A program made the translations under genes and the position numbers. Positions 12,700 to 25,307 of a stretch of 64,000 bases of DNA are shown here, in pieces. Positions within the stretch are counted from its first letter, which is position 1; every line of letters begins with the position of its first letter. The stretch covers positions 410,011 through 474,010 of the forward strand of contig NW_003314324.1 of NCBI RefSeq assembly GCF_000143415.4. The letters run 5' to 3'. The notes below the pieces were generated by a model that worked only from the letters and a program-made list of their open reading frames with translations, was not told the DNA's origin and ran no database searches. The stretch comes from Selaginella moellendorffii (taxonomy: Eukaryota; Plantae; Lycopodiophyta).

Positions 12700-14280
12700 A
12701 TTTCGTGGTCATTCTCCCTTCTCTTTCCACATGGCAGCTTTGAGAAGCTAAATGAGCTTTATATATGATGGTTAAATGTTATGATATATTAAATGTTAGG
12801 CATCCAAGGGAGAGAGCATTTGTGAGAAAGTTATATATTGCTTTAAACTCCCTAGATCTACTTGATGATATGTCAAAATGAGGAGCCATCACACATCCCT
12901 TCTTTATTAGGATTCTATTTTGTATTTCAAATAATGCAAATTTATCATCCTTCAAATTTATAGAGGTATCCTATGATAAAACCTTTGCACAAATATCAAT
13001 GATAAAAAGTTGAAGTCCATAAACTCTTTAACCTCATTCAAGAGATTGCTAAATAACTTCATGAACAAAATAAAATTCACCATCCTAAATAATGCATTAG
13101 CCACTTTATTGTCACCTCTATATTTGTATTGGATCTATATAAATATCTATTCCAGGAATTATTGCCAACAAACAAGACAATCATAAAGATCTTATTAAAC
13201 AATTAAAATACTAGAAAAACTGATAGTTCAAATCCATATAGAAGTTTGATCTATACAAATAATATTGTCATCAGTAAATAGTAGTGATTATAGCAGATAT
13301 GTCTTTATTTAAAATAGGCCAATTCCACTATATAGCATCAAACTTATGGTTCATATATGTAAAAAGATGCCCAACTTGCAGCAATATAGCCTTAAATTAT
13401 TCACATTTATCTTGATCACAAGATACTTTTTAAGATAAAAAACTTTAATATAAGAGTAGATATATAACATTGCTTCAATCATTGAAAAAAACCATGAATA
13501 ATAGCATGTTTTGATGTTTTATGGAGAAGATTAGTTAAGGAGAAACTATCTCTAAGAATTGTTAAAAAACTTTAGTTATATCAAATTAATTACATTGATC
13601 ATGTATTGTTGAAGGTATAAACTAATCAACTACAATTGCAGGATTAACTCTTACACCATTCACTTAAATCAAATGTTTTAGATCTCTAATCTCCTTCAAG
13701 AAAAACTTACATTTGGATAATTTCAAGTAGAGTTTATTATCCTTCAAGAGTTGCAAACACTTTATATATGCATTTCATGTTCCTCCACTATAGAGTTTAA
13801 CATTAGAATATGATCAACGTAATTAATTGCACACTTCCCTAAATAAGGCTATAATACTTGATTCATCAACTTCTAAAAAGTTAATGAGCATTTGTCAAAC
13901 CAAATTGCATCACCAAAAATTTCTAGTGACTCATCTTCATCTAAAATTCTATCTATTGAACATCCTTAGGCTTCAAGTCAATCTTCATAAATACAAATAC
14001 CACAAAGACAATTAAAAAAATTTATTGATATAAGGGATTAGGAATATATTCTTCACCACTTTATCATGCAATCCCATATATCATATACAAACACTATATA
14101 CCATCTTTCTTCTAAAGAGACTTGCTTATTTAGACTGTTGATCTTCTCATCTTCAATAAAACTAATCCAGGAACCAAGTTAATCAGGGGTAAACCATTCT
14201 GAAAATATGTCATAAAAGTCCTTTTAAATATGGTTCACACAAGCCCTATACCCACAAATGTTCTTTAAATCAAACATGTT
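12700..14280 (-). mobile_element. Highly decayed, AT-rich Ty3/gypsy pol remnant
   Basis: Minus-strand relics FLVMQFGLTNA (about 13890-13925) and NKVANALFR (about 13085-13110). Boundaries are approximate. Confidence 0.55.
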
Positions 14281-14289
14281 CAGCTACCC

Positions 14290-14505
14290 AAGGGAGGAAG
14301 GAATGGAGCCTGTGAACAAGCTTGCTTTGAGATTCAAGACAAGGAGTTTTTCGAGCTTGGCGAGGAACGACGGAATGCAAGGATGAGGTACCCCAAGCTG
14401 GTAAGTTTCCCAACTATGGATGGAATCGGTTCCTCGAATCTATAACCTGTCAGATCCAGCGTTTGCAGTGTGGATAAAAGCTGAGCAAGCGACGATAGCA
14501 ATGGT
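14290..14505 (-). pseudogene. LRR gene fragment abutting PPR1
   Basis: Matches about 2170-2400 with an internal deletion. Confidence 0.75.
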
Positions 14506-14580
14506 CAACTTCATCATTGAACGTTTGTGGTTTCAATTCTTACTTTTGGAGGTTTGTTCTTTACATTCTTTGTTTATTAC

Positions 14581-16302
14581 ATGTCCATTGCAGCAGTAAA
14601 GCCCGCCACAGCATTCAAGGTCGAGATAGCCACTGACACTGCTGCAAGGGTGCGCTTTGCATCAAACGGGAAGATCAAGATGTATGGCAAGCTTTCGAGA
14701 GTCAAGGATGCTCGGCAAGTTTTCGATCGCATGTGTGACAAGGACTCGCTGTCTTGGTTCTTGATGCTAGCTGTGTATGCCCAAAATGGTCATATGGAAG
14801 AGGCCAAGCTGATGTTTTCCCAAATGCCGGAGAGGAGTTTGATTTCTTTCAACATGATGATATCTTCGCTTGGTCGGTGTGGATGTGTACAAGAAGCTTA
14901 CAAAATCTTTAACAACATGCCTCACAGGGATTTAGTGTCTTGGAACGCCGTGATCTCTGCATATGGCCAAAATGGGTATATCAACGAGACGGTTCAGGTG
15001 TTTGATGCCATGCCCGAGAGAGATATGATCTCTTGGACGGTTGTTTTAACGTTGCATGCGAATAATAGAAATTTGGAAGAAGCTAAGAACATCTTTGAGA
15101 AAATGCCAGAAAGAGATCTAGCTGCTTGGAACTGTATGCTGAATGCATATTCCCAAAGCGGGTATCCGCAGGAGGCAAGGCGTGTGTTTTATTCTATGCC
15201 TCAGAGAAGTCTCATTTCCTGGACTGTGATGTTAAACCTCTCTGCCGTAAATTCTAGTTTACAAGAAACAAAGAACATATTCGAAGCCATTCCAGAAAAT
15301 AATCTAGTTTCGTGTACGTCAATGATTTCTGCATATGCCCAATCAGGGTATCACTTGGAAGCTAAATCACTATTTGATAGAATGCCATGCTGGAACTTGG
15401 TAACATGGACCGCAATGCTGGCAGCATGTGTGCGCGCTGGCAGCATCTTCATGGCCGAGGACATCTTTAAAAAAATGCCATTCAAGAATCCAGTCGCATG
15501 CAACGCCATGCTAGCCGGATATGCCCACGCTGGCAAAGTTGAGCAGGCAAAGTGTATATTTGACAAAATGCCATGTTGGAGTTTAGTATCGTGGAGTTCA
15601 CTGCTGTATGTCTACGCAGGATCAAGAGATATGGACTTGACACGACGATTTTTCGATAAAATGCCATACCAGCAGCTAGTTTCCTGGAACACCATGCTTG
15701 ATGCTTATGCCCAAAACAGGTATATGGCAGAAGCAAGGGTCATGTTCAATGCAATGGTGGAGAAGGACGTAATTTCTTGGACTATAATGCTTGCTGGCTA
15801 TGGCCTTAGTGGCCAGAGTTCACTTGCAAGAAAAACTTTTGCCCAGATGCCAGGGAAGAATGAAGTTTCTTGGGATGCAATGCTCAGTGCATGCACCCAA
15901 GCAGGGGATTCGATTTCTGTGTTTGAATTGTTTCACACTATGCAGATGGCCGGCATTTACAACCAAGTTGGATTTGTCTCCGCTCTCAATGCTCACGGCC
16001 AAGTTGGCAGTGTTAAATGTGCTAGAAGTTGCTTTGTTTCGATGGCTTTTGACTGTGGCATTCAGCCATGTCACCAGCATTACTCCTGCATAATCGATGG
16101 CTTGGCAAGAGCTGGTTACATTGACAATGCAAGAGAACTCATCGGAAACATGCCATTTGTTCCCACTTCTTTGGATTGGCTGTGCCTTTTAGCTGCATGT
16201 CGGAGCCTCGAGTGTGGAACCTGCGTATCAAAATGGGTGTCTGGAATTGCGAGCAGCAGAGCTATGTATTCTCTCCTGGCAAATGTATGGGCTTGGCATT
16301 GA
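14581..16302 (+). CDS. PLS-class PPR protein (PPR1) with short 31-aa motifs and an E-like C-terminus; candidate organellar RNA-editing factor
   Basis: Repeats of DLVSWNAMISAYAQxG...A..IF..MP and C-terminal HYSCIIDGLARAG...MPFVPxxxDWxCLLAAC. No DYW domain. The start codon is uncertain. Confidence 0.85.
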   Translation: MSIAAVKPATAFKVEIATDTAARVRFASNGKIKMYGKLSRVKDARQVFDRMCDKDSLSWFLMLAVYAQNGHMEEAKLMFSQMPERSLISFNMMISSLGRCGCVQEAYKIFNNMPHRDLVSWNAVISAYGQNGYINETVQVFDAMPERDMISWTVVLTLHANNRNLEEAKNIFEKMPERDLAAWNCMLNAYSQSGYPQEARRVFYSMPQRSLISWTVMLNLSAVNSSLQETKNIFEAIPENNLVSCTSMISAYAQSGYHLEAKSLFDRMPCWNLVTWTAMLAACVRAGSIFMAEDIFKKMPFKNPVACNAMLAGYAHAGKVEQAKCIFDKMPCWSLVSWSSLLYVYAGSRDMDLTRRFFDKMPYQQLVSWNTMLDAYAQNRYMAEARVMFNAMVEKDVISWTIMLAGYGLSGQSSLARKTFAQMPGKNEVSWDAMLSACTQAGDSISVFELFHTMQMAGIYNQVGFVSALNAHGQVGSVKCARSCFVSMAFDCGIQPCHQHYSCIIDGLARAGYIDNARELIGNMPFVPTSLDWLCLLAACRSLECGTCVSKWVSGIASSRAMYSLLANVWAWH

Positions 16303-16977
16303 TAGAATCTAAGGAAAAAATAAACTGCTGCCTGGATTATGTTGTCAAATTGCTCGAGAATTTAAGACTAGAAGGACCAATTGCGTTTCATGCTTGATAA
16401 ATTCAAATATTGACAAAATATTTGTCTATATAACACCCAACATTCCCAGGATCTGAGCGTGGACCTCCTGGACCAAATCACCAGAGGCTCTGAGAGATCG
16501 CGAGCAACTTCAATCAGACAGATACCTTGCAATACCTAGTGATTGAGGTGTGTGGAAAGTGCAGCAGGCGAATGATGATCCGCCTGAGGGAATGTGTTTG
16601 ATTCTATGCGAATGTTCTCAAAACTTTTCATGGAAAACTAGAAAACGATCAATGTTTGATGCCTGACGACGATACTTGCTGCCATGATAGGTACTAACAG
16701 AGCAAATATTCCTTTGCGCCACGATGCTCACACGAAGCTCTTCCTAGCGGTGGAGATGGAACGCGATGCCCTCGTCAAGGCAACGTGGGGCTGCCTTCTT
16801 TGCAATCGACACTCCAGCCGACTCGATCCAACGCCTTGGACTCCTCCAAATCGTGCGGTGCTTCGGTATCCGGCCTAGTCTCGCTGCACCAAACGACGAT
16901 TAAGTCAATGCAAATGCTACGTCCATATCACCCATGTTTTGTATACACTTCTTTACAGATTGCGCTTCACAGGAACC

Positions 16978-18733
16978 TTAGACAAGCACGCTTGATTCCT
17001 CTGGCAACAGCACGCAACGTAGCTCCGACCTCTCAAACTCCTTGAAGGATCGGTCACCAGTGATGTAGAACGCAAAGGCGGGAGGGGACTTGTCAAGGAT
17101 GTACATCACGACTCCAAGAGGGAGGCAGAGCATGGAGACGTGTACCGCAGCGAGTGCTGCCACTAGCCAAGCGAAAAGAAAGCCGTAGCTTGGGTAAAGC
17201 GTCCAGGCCTTCCCGAGTACTGGGAGCGCCATGGCGAAGACCGAGTCAGAGATACCTTCCCTGCCAAAGAAATAGAAGAATATTAGAGAGCTTTGATTGC
17301 TCAAAACTGTCACACCTGTAATCGGATGTCTGGAGATATGGATCTACAACCGCTGAAACGCCTCCCGTGGAGCATCGAAACCAACTAAAGCCATTCTCCA
17401 CGACACGGAAAGCATCGGCCTCTTTCACCCGGGGGCCGGTTGCTCCCCAAGTTTCGGCTGGTTGGAGCATGATATCAATCCTAAAAACATTCACCAGAAA
17501 CTTAGAGAACACCATCATAACTGCGCTCTACCTCTTTTTCCCGGCCTGGCGCATCAGGTCTGGGAACTCGAAATCGTAACAAATAGCTCCTCCAATCCGG
17601 CCGAGCTCGGTCTCGATGACAGGAAGAATGGGATCCCCTGGAGTTCCATACCACTCCACGAATGGAACCAAGTGGGATTTCCTGTAGCTAAATCCAATGG
17701 AGCCATCGGGAAGAACGAGGTCGAAATAGTTCCCGACTCTCCCGGTGCTCGCGTCCTTGTACTCGTAAGTGATGCCAACGTAGGCGCCGTGCTGGGAAGC
17801 GATCTGTCCGGCTTTGAATTGGAGAGAATCCCTCTCCTGTTTGAGGTCGAGTTTCACCGCAGCCTCGGACCAGAGGACCAATCGATCGCCGGCTCGGAGG
17901 CGCTGGTTCGTCCTGTTGAGCATCACATCCATGTCCTCGTAGAAGAGGACCTTGCCCAGGACGCAAGAGACCGGCACTGTTTTCTTCATCGTGAGGGCGA
18001 TGTCCTTCTGGAAGAAATCGCCCGAGAAAATGGAGACCCTGGCGCTGCCGTAGAACAAGATCGAGAGAGCAATGGCTCCAAACGCCAGGGAGTGGCCGCG
18101 ATGCAGCTGCATAGCACGCTTCTTGTCAGATTTCTCCATCTTGGAAAGATTCTCGTCGAGAACGGCCCTGTCGTGGAGAGTCGCCGAGAACCACGCCATG
18201 AGAAATGCGATCCCATCGATCCCCCACACGCCGGCGCTCATCACCAGAGGCAAGATTGTAACCTGGGAAACGGCGGGATGGAGGAAGGAGCCGACGCCGC
18301 CGAATCGATTCCACAACAACCACGCCGTGGTCCAGATCGACGCGAATACCAGCGGCTGGGACGTTCTTGCTCGGTCAAAACGCTTCCTGTAGCCGATGCT
18401 TGCAAGAAATGGGAGGAGAAGAAACATCCACAGCGCCAGTGCCCAGATTATTCCCACAATTGGCACGCTGCTGGCGGTGGAGTTGTCCGGGCTCACCTTT
18501 CCCGGGAAGAATGCCAAGAATGCCAGGCTCGCGGCAGTGGTGTGGAGGATGAGCGCCAGGAGAATTGTGAGCACCGCAGAGCTCCATGAGCAAGAATTGT
18601 GCGAAATCCCTGATTTGTGGAAGAAATGCAAGAGGAAAAATGGTTGGAGCCAAGAACAAATTGCAACAGATTGGAAACCCGAGAAGAAAGTGCAGGCCAC
18701 CGAGAGAATGACCAGCAGTGCCACCTTCGTCAT
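16978..18733 (-). CDS. Apolipoprotein N-acyltransferase (Lnt)-like membrane nitrilase-family protein, about 549 aa, 3 exons (18733-17532, 17480-17316, 17260-16978)
   Basis: Multiple N-terminal TM segments. Catalytic motifs VLWSE, YRKSHLVPFVE and GAICYD. Two GT-AG introns (51 and 55 nt) join in frame to RVVENG..RCSTGGVSAVVDP and TLYPSYG plus a final TM segment. Confidence 0.85.
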
Positions 18734-19569
18734 GTCTCTTGGTGCTTGTTTGAATGTAGGTGGTAATTTATATTCTTATTATATTCATCAAAATGAAATT
18801 ATTTATAAAGTGATATGAAGGTTTGTATATTAATATCAGCGTAGTGGGATTTTGGTAGCTGTCAGATTAATTTCAATCTGGACCACTTGCTTTTATATAT
18901 AATTTAGGATTTTTGGGCTAATTGATATGCACATTTTTTGCATTCCCTTTACATATAAAAAAGCATTCACATTGAGGGCACTTTTAATTATCCCTAACGA
19001 GTGCTTGGATTTAAGATTTTAGTTTAGATCTAGCTTTTTCATTTTTTAAATTTAGGTTTTTCCATTTCCTTTCTTTTGTTATTTCCTTTCAGGATTTTGG
19101 TTTACATCTAGCCTTTTGCATTGTTTAGATAAACCATTTCTTTCTAGCTTTTTGTCATTTCTGTTTTTTTGCTCTTTCTTTTTCATTCATCTTCATAGTA
19201 GATCAGCAATCTCTTTCTTTGACTCTGGAGTAGTAGTTAGTACAATTGCTTAATGCTATGCACTTGCAATTGAATAACCAAACTTAGTTGATGGCGGCGT
19301 TTATGGCACGTGGTACAACTCCTCTTGCTCTTGGTGCCAATCTGTGAGACACAAAATCCCTAGGCCCCAAAGTGGAGCCGGAAGGGCGCCACATGGTAGT
19401 GGCCGAAGCGAGAGCCAAACGAGCGTAACATGTTTGGACCAAAAGCTCCGACTTGAAAAGTCAAGAGCGGGAGTGAAACTCCCAACGAAGTGCTTGAGGA
19501 ACGAGCACGAAGTGAGCAAAAGGCGAGGCTCCAAAAAGGGACCCAAAAGGACCAACACATGACACGTGG

Positions 19570-20090
19570 GAGTGTCCGAGATGGAGTCCGAGGTGGACCC
19601 GAGATGGACCCGAGCTGGAGTCCGAAGTGGAGTCCGAGGTGGACCCGAGATGGACCCGAGTTGGAGTCCGAAGTGGAGTCCGAGATGGAGTCCGAGGTGG
19701 ACCCGAGATGGACCCGAGCTGGAGTCCGAAGTGGAGTCCGAGATGGACCCGAGATGGAGTCCAAGATGGAGTCCGAGGTGGACCCGAGATGGACCCGAAA
19801 TGGAGTCCGAGATGGAGTCCGAGATGGACCCGAGATGGAGTCCGAGATGGAGTCCGAGATGGACCCGAGATGGACCCGAGATGGAGTCCGAGATGGAGTC
19901 CGAGATGGAGTCCGAGATGGAGTCCGAAGTCGAGACCGAGACTGGGACCGAGACCGAGACCGAGACCGAGATCGGGACCGAGACCGAGACCGAGGCCGAG
20001 GCCGAGACCGAGCCCGAGCCCGAGTCCGAGTCCGAATCCGAGTCCGAGTCCGAGTCCGAGTCCGAGTCCGAGTCTGAGTCCGAGTCCGGA
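19570..20090. repeat. LTR-internal minisatellite (11/12-bp GAGATGGAGTCC/GAGATGGACCC units, then GAGACC/GAGTCC hexamers)
   Basis: Directly visible tandem array. Confidence 0.95.
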
Positions 20091-23000
20091 GCCTGAGAGG
20101 GTGAAAGCCCAAAGCGTTCGTCTCCCAGACCCTGGGGGGTTTGGTGAGCTCCAAAAGTATAGTAGGGGGAGGACTGCAGTGGAGCCAGTTTGGCCAGGAA
20201 AGGCCAGTTTGGCCCAGGAAGGCCGGACCCAGTGTTGGGTGATGAGATGCCCACTGGGAAGTCCAAGACTAGAGTGAACACGGACCGACAAGCGGGGTAG
20301 CTTGGTGAAGTGTTCAAGAGCCGACTCTAGTTCCCCCGGGAGATCGTCTGGCCGATGCTCCCAGTCCAAGTGTGGGTGGCACTACCTACTTGGATACCAA
20401 GTGTGGCTCAACGGAACCTCGCTCTAAGCCCATGGCTAGAGCACCTAAAGGCGAAAGGCGGGGAGAGTACCCAGGTGGCTCGCGTAAGGCCACGGTGTTC
20501 CGAAATGTTGTCCCAAAGGCCTAGACTGTGGAAAGGAAGAGGAGCAGTCCTCTGGGGTAGTGACCAAGGACACAGTCGTGTGGTGAGGAAGTCCCAGAGG
20601 ACCATGGGACTTAGTGGTCGGGCCTGTGGGCCTCGATCCAGTGGCAGTGTTGGCAAACACGGCCAGGGGCAAAAAGGGACTTGGTAGGAATTGACAAAGG
20701 GACTTTGGGGAAGGCAATTCCCCAGGTCTGTGGGCATCCTAAGGATGCTAAGGAGTGGGTCTAGGATGACCACTCGTGGACCGATAGCCCAGTCTTGGAG
20801 AGACGGGATGGTGATGCAAGTGGTATTGGACCACTAGTGCAGCAAAGGTGAATGGGCATGGCCTTAGCGTAACGGGCCGAGATGTCAGTGGTACCTTTGG
20901 GTGTCGGTCTTGGGACCGGACACGTGGAGCACTTGGACCAGGTGCAAGTGTTGAGTGGCATGGATGCCATTCTTGGGGCTAACGAGTCCCAAGTCCTGAA
21001 TTGGACTTAAGGAGGTTGTGAGTGAGACTCCTCCAAGTGGTCGAAGGTGTGGTTAAGTGACTAAAGTAGAATGGAAAAATTAGTCGCTTACAATTTGTAT
21101 CGGGTCGGAGGTGTGGTTAAGTGACTAAAGTAGAATGGAAAAATTAGTCCCTTACAATTTGGTATCGGAGCTGTTCCTTAGTCCGACTTTTATTGGTGCT
21201 CAAGTATATCACCACTAGTGTTGGTATCGGAAGGTCCGAGGAGTGGGCCTATCCTTGAGGAGTAGCAAGTCTGGAGGACATGGCTCTCCATTACAGTTCA
21301 TGTGTGAACTTGTAGATGAGTGGTGGATAGAAAAGGGCCAATAATGGAACGACTTTGGGATCTTGGGAATAGTGCAAGGTTTTCCTCATATAGTTGAGGT
21401 TGGTGCTCATGAATGTGAGACCAAAGGTAATGACCGTGGAAGGTCAAATACGGAAGAGGACTCAAGTCCTTGAAATGGTAGCCGGGGCTACCTCTAATAA
21501 ATGCTGGAACAACCCAAGGAGTTGGGGGTGTATTAAGTGGATGAGTTGGTATTCTCATCACATGGACAAGCAGTCCTAAGGGGCAAAGGTTGCCCCCAGA
21601 GAACAAAATCAAGTGTCGGAGTAACACTTGTGAAAATAGTCCTTTTGAGTAGGACCGGAATGCAAGAAGTGTATTCCAGTGAGCTAGTGCCTCACAAGTA
21701 GGACCTTACGGGTTGGTGGATTAACCAAGTCCAAAACTGCTAGACGACTCAAGTAGAGTCAAGGGATGGTCCTAAAAGGACTGATGGAAGCATTTGGACT
21801 GAGGTGCGTTATACCCCACAAAGGATGGGGGGGGATCATAGGATCCAAGGATGAGAACAGAGAGTATCTCATCGATGGCAATGTGCCATGCTAAAGTTAT
21901 GGGAAAGGTGTTCCCAGAAGAAAACAACTTTGACATAAAGTTGTGTGTGACCTCTATGGGGCAGTGCTAACAGATGGTTGGCATGAGAAAGAGCGGTGTT
22001 GGTCTTGGCAAAGACTTAGACACGAAGGGAAATGTCATAGAGGTAGGCTCGTGGAGCCGATGGTGTGGAGACACCAAATGTGCCAAGGTGTGATACCTTG
22101 AGGCTATGTTGGTGGGTTCATGAGAACCCCTTGCCAAAGGAATCCCAATGGAAATGGGAATGGCATAGCCTAAGCTGCAAAGCATGCAGTTGGAGTGTGG
22201 TGACCCAGATAGTGATGGAGGTGTGAAAGCACCAAGCAATGAGTTGTAGGACTTGACAACTATGAGGCAACTAAGCAAGAGGTGCAAAATAACTGATTAA
22301 ACGGGTAGAAGGTAGCTACCCAAGACTTCTAGTATAGGGAAGTCGGATATACCCTTACGGGGGATAAGTTTCTTATGTTGCGATATAGTAAGTCAATGTC
22401 ATAAAAGGAAATACTCATTGTCAAGAAAGCCATCATTGGGACACCCGAACACTCTAGAACACCAGAAGGTGGTGTTTGATATCGCGAGGGCAATGGATAA
22501 AGCCCAAGGGACTAAGTCCCTAGCGAATGATGGATAGAAGGTGCTATCCAAATGTCCAAGGTTGCAGAGACAGGAGAGGACTGTCTACCCAAGTTGGACA
22601 AAGCCAAAAATGGAATTTTGGCAAGGCTAGTGATGGGCATGTAAAGGCCCATAAGCAAAAAATGTAATCCCAGTGTGTGGGATTATAAGCTGAGCATACC
22701 CGGATTGAGGAACCACTCCCTGGGCTATTGGGTAGGTTCATCCCTAAGAATACTTGCTAAGGCATGATAGAAAGTGCAAAGCTATCCTCCTGGTCTGGAG
22801 GAGAATGACCGAAGGAAAGGTGTGAAGCCAAAGGCAAGTAGTATTGGGATGGAACTGAACCATAGAAATCAAAGGACATATCCAACAGTGGTTATGAAAG
22901 TTGGGAGTGGAGAAGCAAGAGGGTGCTCGAGGATGTTGTTGCTAGCAACCGTGATGCCATGGAGAGTCTAAAATATGGAATTGTCCATGTTAGACTATAT

Positions 23001-25307
23001 GGCAACTATAAAGCTTGCGAAAGGGGAGGCCTTAGCAAGCTGAGGGACAGAGTTCCTTCAAGGTTCCCAAAGACGATTCTAGGTAGCGTAGTACCTAGAA
23101 AGGCCAAGTGTAAATGGTTCATGGAACACGCGAAATCAGAGTGGCGCAGCAGAAGCGTGGTCTTGAAGCTTGCCATGAGGCAAGGTTATCAAGGTTAGGG
23201 AAGTAGTTCCCGAGTGTTCAAAGAGAGGGCTTTGAACGAAAGTCGATGGTCAAGGACTTTCACGCTTATGCAGGAACCATGTTACAATGGTCGGAGGACT
23301 TGCCAAGTGAGATTGGCACGTCGGGGGAACAAAGACCCTAGTTGAAGGTGATAACTTCAAAAGGGGTGGGCCATGGGGCCGAGCATGGAGGAGTCCATGC
23401 ATGATCATAGACATGTCAAGTGAGAGGACTTGGCAGTGTGGAGGAACTAGGTTCCTAAGCTGTGATCTGTAGCGCGCTTTAAAAATAGGTTGGTGCACCG
23501 GCGTGGGGAGTCACGCTAGGCATCTAGTGTGATGCCGTCCGTAGATGCATATACGGAGGTTGGGTTCGAGTCCCGACCCTCTAGTGCTTGGGTTCGAGTC
23601 CCAAATCACTAGGGCGTGGTGATGGTTTGGAATATGAGGACACTCATATTTCGGTGGTCATGGACTCTCAGTGGGGAGACTGGTTTGGGCACACCGCCAA
23701 GTGAGGGATGCCTCGGAGTCGTGATGCACGGTTAGATTGCTTAGTGTGAAAGCTCGGCATATCTAACTTGAACGCTTTGGTGCAAGTGGCACCAAGGTCT
23801 TGGTGAGTGAGATGGGGACACCTAATCTCAGTTGCTATGAACCCTTGGCCGTAAGGGCTAGCTTGGGTGCACCGCCAAGTGTGGGGGATGCCCCCGGGGT
23901 TATAGTCAACAACTTGGAGGTCTAGAAGACCAAGTACCTCTTGGCAACTCTGTTAAGGTGCCAAGGTGAGATCACTAGGTGATCTTATGGCCAAATAAGG
24001 ACAAGGTCCTTGGTTGGCTAAGGAATGAAGTTCCTGGTTCAAAATGTTGAAATTGAACTGTTTAAGATGGTGTGGCTTGGTCGTGATGACCAAGTGGGAA
24101 GAGCACCTAAGGGAAATAAACTATGTCCGTCCGATGGCATAGTGAGTCCGAGGAAAGTAGTCTCTATAAAAGACCCATGGGAGGGTCACGAAGTTGGGCC
24201 ATGGATAGAGCCCATAGCAGAATATGCTAAAGAGACATACTAGGGGTGAACATCCTCCGGACTTGGCAAAGAAGAGTCTTTGCTATGGAACCGAAAGGAT
24301 ACCTCAAAAATGGAGGTAGCGATCCGATGTTGCTGGGTGCAACAATCAAGGATAGGAGCAAAGGACTAGTGGCCAAAGTTTGGGCCATGGAATTTAATGG
24401 AAGGGATCCAAATGGCAAAGTTAGCCAAGGAACACTAATGTGTTCGATGCTAACAGCTTGTGGGAAAGGAAGCGGACTTTCAAGGACGGATTCCTAAGTG
24501 CTCCAATTTGGCGAAGTAAAGGCTCCAAGTGAGGGAGCGGTAAGGTAGCCAAATGGTAGGGCCATGGACAGCCCTAGCACAAAGTATGATAAATGGAACT
24601 TAGTGCCCAAGGTGGCACGAAATAGAAGAGAGGATGATGGTGCCCTCGAATAATGAACTTCCTAGGATAGGGAAGTGGAGTTGCACAATCTGTGCAATGC
24701 AAGGTGTTGGAGACACCTAGAAAATTGACTTCCAAAAAGTCAAAAGAGTAAAAGTTCCAAGGTGCAAACATTCAATAGATGAAAATTGAGACTACTCGAG
24801 AAGGAGTAGTATGATTGACTTAGAGAAGGGTCTCTAAGAGGTTTAGCAAGAACTAAACCAATAAAAGGGGAGAACCATTACATGTGGTCCAATCAGTCTC
24901 TAAGTTGGAGAGACTACGCTCCTTAAAGGATGGACAAGGCATGGTGAGCCTTTGATGTCAAACCATAGACAAAGATTGGCTAGGTGCCAAGGATGGAAAT
25001 GGTAACACTTGTGGGTGTTACTTTATGAAAGGGTTTACCGTTCGATGAGGACATCGAACTTCGTCTATGGGTGGTGGAGTTGTGAGACACAAAATCCCTA
25101 GGCCCCAAAGAAGAGCCAGAAGGGCGCCACATGGTAGTGGCCGAAGCGAGAGCCAAACGAGCGTAACATGTTTGGACCAAAAGCTCCGACTTGAAAAGTC
25201 AAGAGCGGGAGTGAAACTCCCAACGAAGTGCTTGAGGAACGAGCACGAAGTGAGCAAAAGGCGAGGCTCCAAAAAGGGACCCAAAAGGACCAACACATGA
25301 CATGTGG

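Noticed and set aside
16430-16960. Possible small gene between PPR1 and the Lnt-like gene
   Set aside because: The short ORFs are not frame-conserved in copy 3 and show no recognisable domain.
17462-18589. 375-aa plus-strand ORF (and equivalents at 41308 and 46945)
   Set aside because: Antisense shadow of the GC-rich Lnt-like CDS, with no recognisable motifs.
19570-20090. CRISPR-like array
   Set aside because: The units are contiguous tandem repeats with no unique spacers or cas genes, in a eukaryotic context.
19301-20369. Long Ser-Asp, Arg-rich and Gly-Leu ORFs in several frames (also 25018-26119)
   Set aside because: They are by-products of a stop-free minisatellite inside LTRs.
23556-23612. 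tRNA gene
   Set aside because: Only T-arm-like hairpins are present; there is no cloverleaf.
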